DNA of 64,000 nt from Pocillopora damicornis (lineage: Eukaryota). The number at the start of each line of letters is the position of its first letter. The first letter of the stretch is position 1. Of this stretch, positions 62,567 to 64,000 are shown in pieces. A program made the position numbers and the translations under genes. The stretch lies in contig NW_020844487.1 in assembly GCF_003704095.1 (NCBI RefSeq), forward strand, positions 372,001 through 436,000, written 5' to 3'. The notes beneath the pieces were generated by a model. That model made no database searches. It was not told where the DNA came from and saw only the letters and a program-made list of their open reading frames with translations.

Positions 62567-63438
62567 AAAAAAGGTGTGAGAATCATTGTGGTTGGAATTG
62601 GGCAAGGTATGTCAAAAGAGAAGATGAAGAAAGCGGCTGGTAGCAAAGAAGAGATTATAATACACGATAGTTATCAGGAATTGATTGAGGGACTTCACAC
62701 GTTGATCGATGGAATATGCAGTAAGTTAAGGTCATCAGCTTTGTATTGCGCATATTACATGCTTAAGTAAGAATCGAACGAGTCCCTAACCTGGGAAATG
62801 ACTTGTGAAGGGATGAGATTTCGAGGCCACTGAACTGACTTCGTTTTAGACTTTCTTATGATTAAGGCGGCAGATTATATTCTATCTTTTTTTTTTTTAC
62901 ACCTGGAAAGCACATGCTCATCGCCATCTTCAAGTAAGCTCCGCCATCTTCTTGGTGTTATGGGTATTACCTCTCCTCTCTAACGTAGGATCAGTCCTTA
63001 GAGGTTGAAGTGCAAACCATTTATTGTAGAGAAATCAGCCTTTGAAGGGAAAGGATTATTTGACATGACAAAAAATAAAAAAGGCCTGGCTTGCAACCAT
63101 TTTCCGAGTAACTTTCTTGGCCGAACTCATCACGGAGAGGCTAATCTCTCAAAACAAATATTGAAAACTCCAGTGTTTTTTTTTATCAGTAGACTTTATG
63201 AGATGCATGGCTGTGGAAGGGAGGCGATTTTATTGTTTTTGTTTTTATTCAAATTAAGTTCCAAAAGATGGGGGCTACTCTAATTGGTCAGAATCTGAGT
63301 GCAGTGTGACGTGCGGAGGCGGAATAAAGACTCTTACGAGGACCTGTACCAATCCCCCACCAATCAATGGCGGGAGTGACTGCACCAGACTGGGACCTGC
63401 ATCGAAGAATGTTCCTTGCAATGAATATGCATGCTCCA
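62567..63438 (+). CDS. Partial vWA + thrombospondin type-1 gene (coadhesin-like); exons 62567-62720 and 63259-63438
   Basis: GVRIIVVGIG vWA end; TSP1 DGGYSNWSESECSVTCGGG..TRTCTNPPP..GG.DC; phases agree. Confidence 0.85.
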
Positions 63439-64000
63439 GTAAGTCATTCACTTTCCTTGTAATTTATGTCAAGATATAGTTGGCCAGTATTTGTAACGAA
63501 CAAAACCACTTCCACCTGGTGAGAGACCTCTGTTTTCGTCCTTGTTTTTCCGCATAGGGGTGGTTAACGGTACTCCTGAAATTACGACTCTGGAAGCTTT
63601 GATACAGTTGCTTCTCGGTCAGCTCATGTAACTCGCAACGTGAAAGGAAATTATTAACAGTTCTTGGACAAGGTCGACGAGATATCGGATTTGTCAATGG
63701 CAAACAGATGAATCATTTGCCAAGGCTGAAGGCAGATGGAAATAATAATCGGAACAGGATACAAGAAAGTAAATTTACTTAACATTTCCAAAACTTCACT
63801 TTCTTAGTCTCCAAAGGTAACTGAAACCACAGTGTAGCACTGAAAGTTTACTTCGAGATATCCATACCAAAAGGTTCCCAAGCGAACCGTTTAACCCGTA
63901 ATAGTGACTAACATCTAACTTCTCGTTAAAATATCACCTCCGAATCACACATTTAAGTTGGGAGGAAAAGGAGATGATTACCAATTAAAGAACCTTTTGA

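Overview
AT-rich, intron-rich eukaryotic DNA with many scaffold gaps. Gene content and repeat families point to a cnidarian, probably a stony coral (inference). Spliced models traced by hand: a GPR158/179-like class C GPCR (-), a doubly frameshifted PAN + skeletal-organic-matrix-protein-5-like pseudogene (-), FBXO15 (-) head-to-head with HSBP1 (+; 24-nt microexon and an AT-AC U12 intron), an intronless orphan ORF, an ANKUB1-like gene with a long F/YxxWLxxK-repeat tail (-), inverted duplicate vWA+ShKT genes, and part of a vWA+TSP1 gene. The most distinctive region (33-43 kb, resuming at 53-54 kb) is a partly inverted tDNA array of tRNA-Lys(TTT) and intron-containing elongator tRNA-Met(CAT). It also holds an intact tRNA-Ile(GAT), a Penelope-like remnant with a minimal hammerhead ribozyme and an RTE LINE, and its repeat unit overlaps the last codons of the ANKUB1-like gene. 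No database searches were run; family calls rest on recognised motifs.
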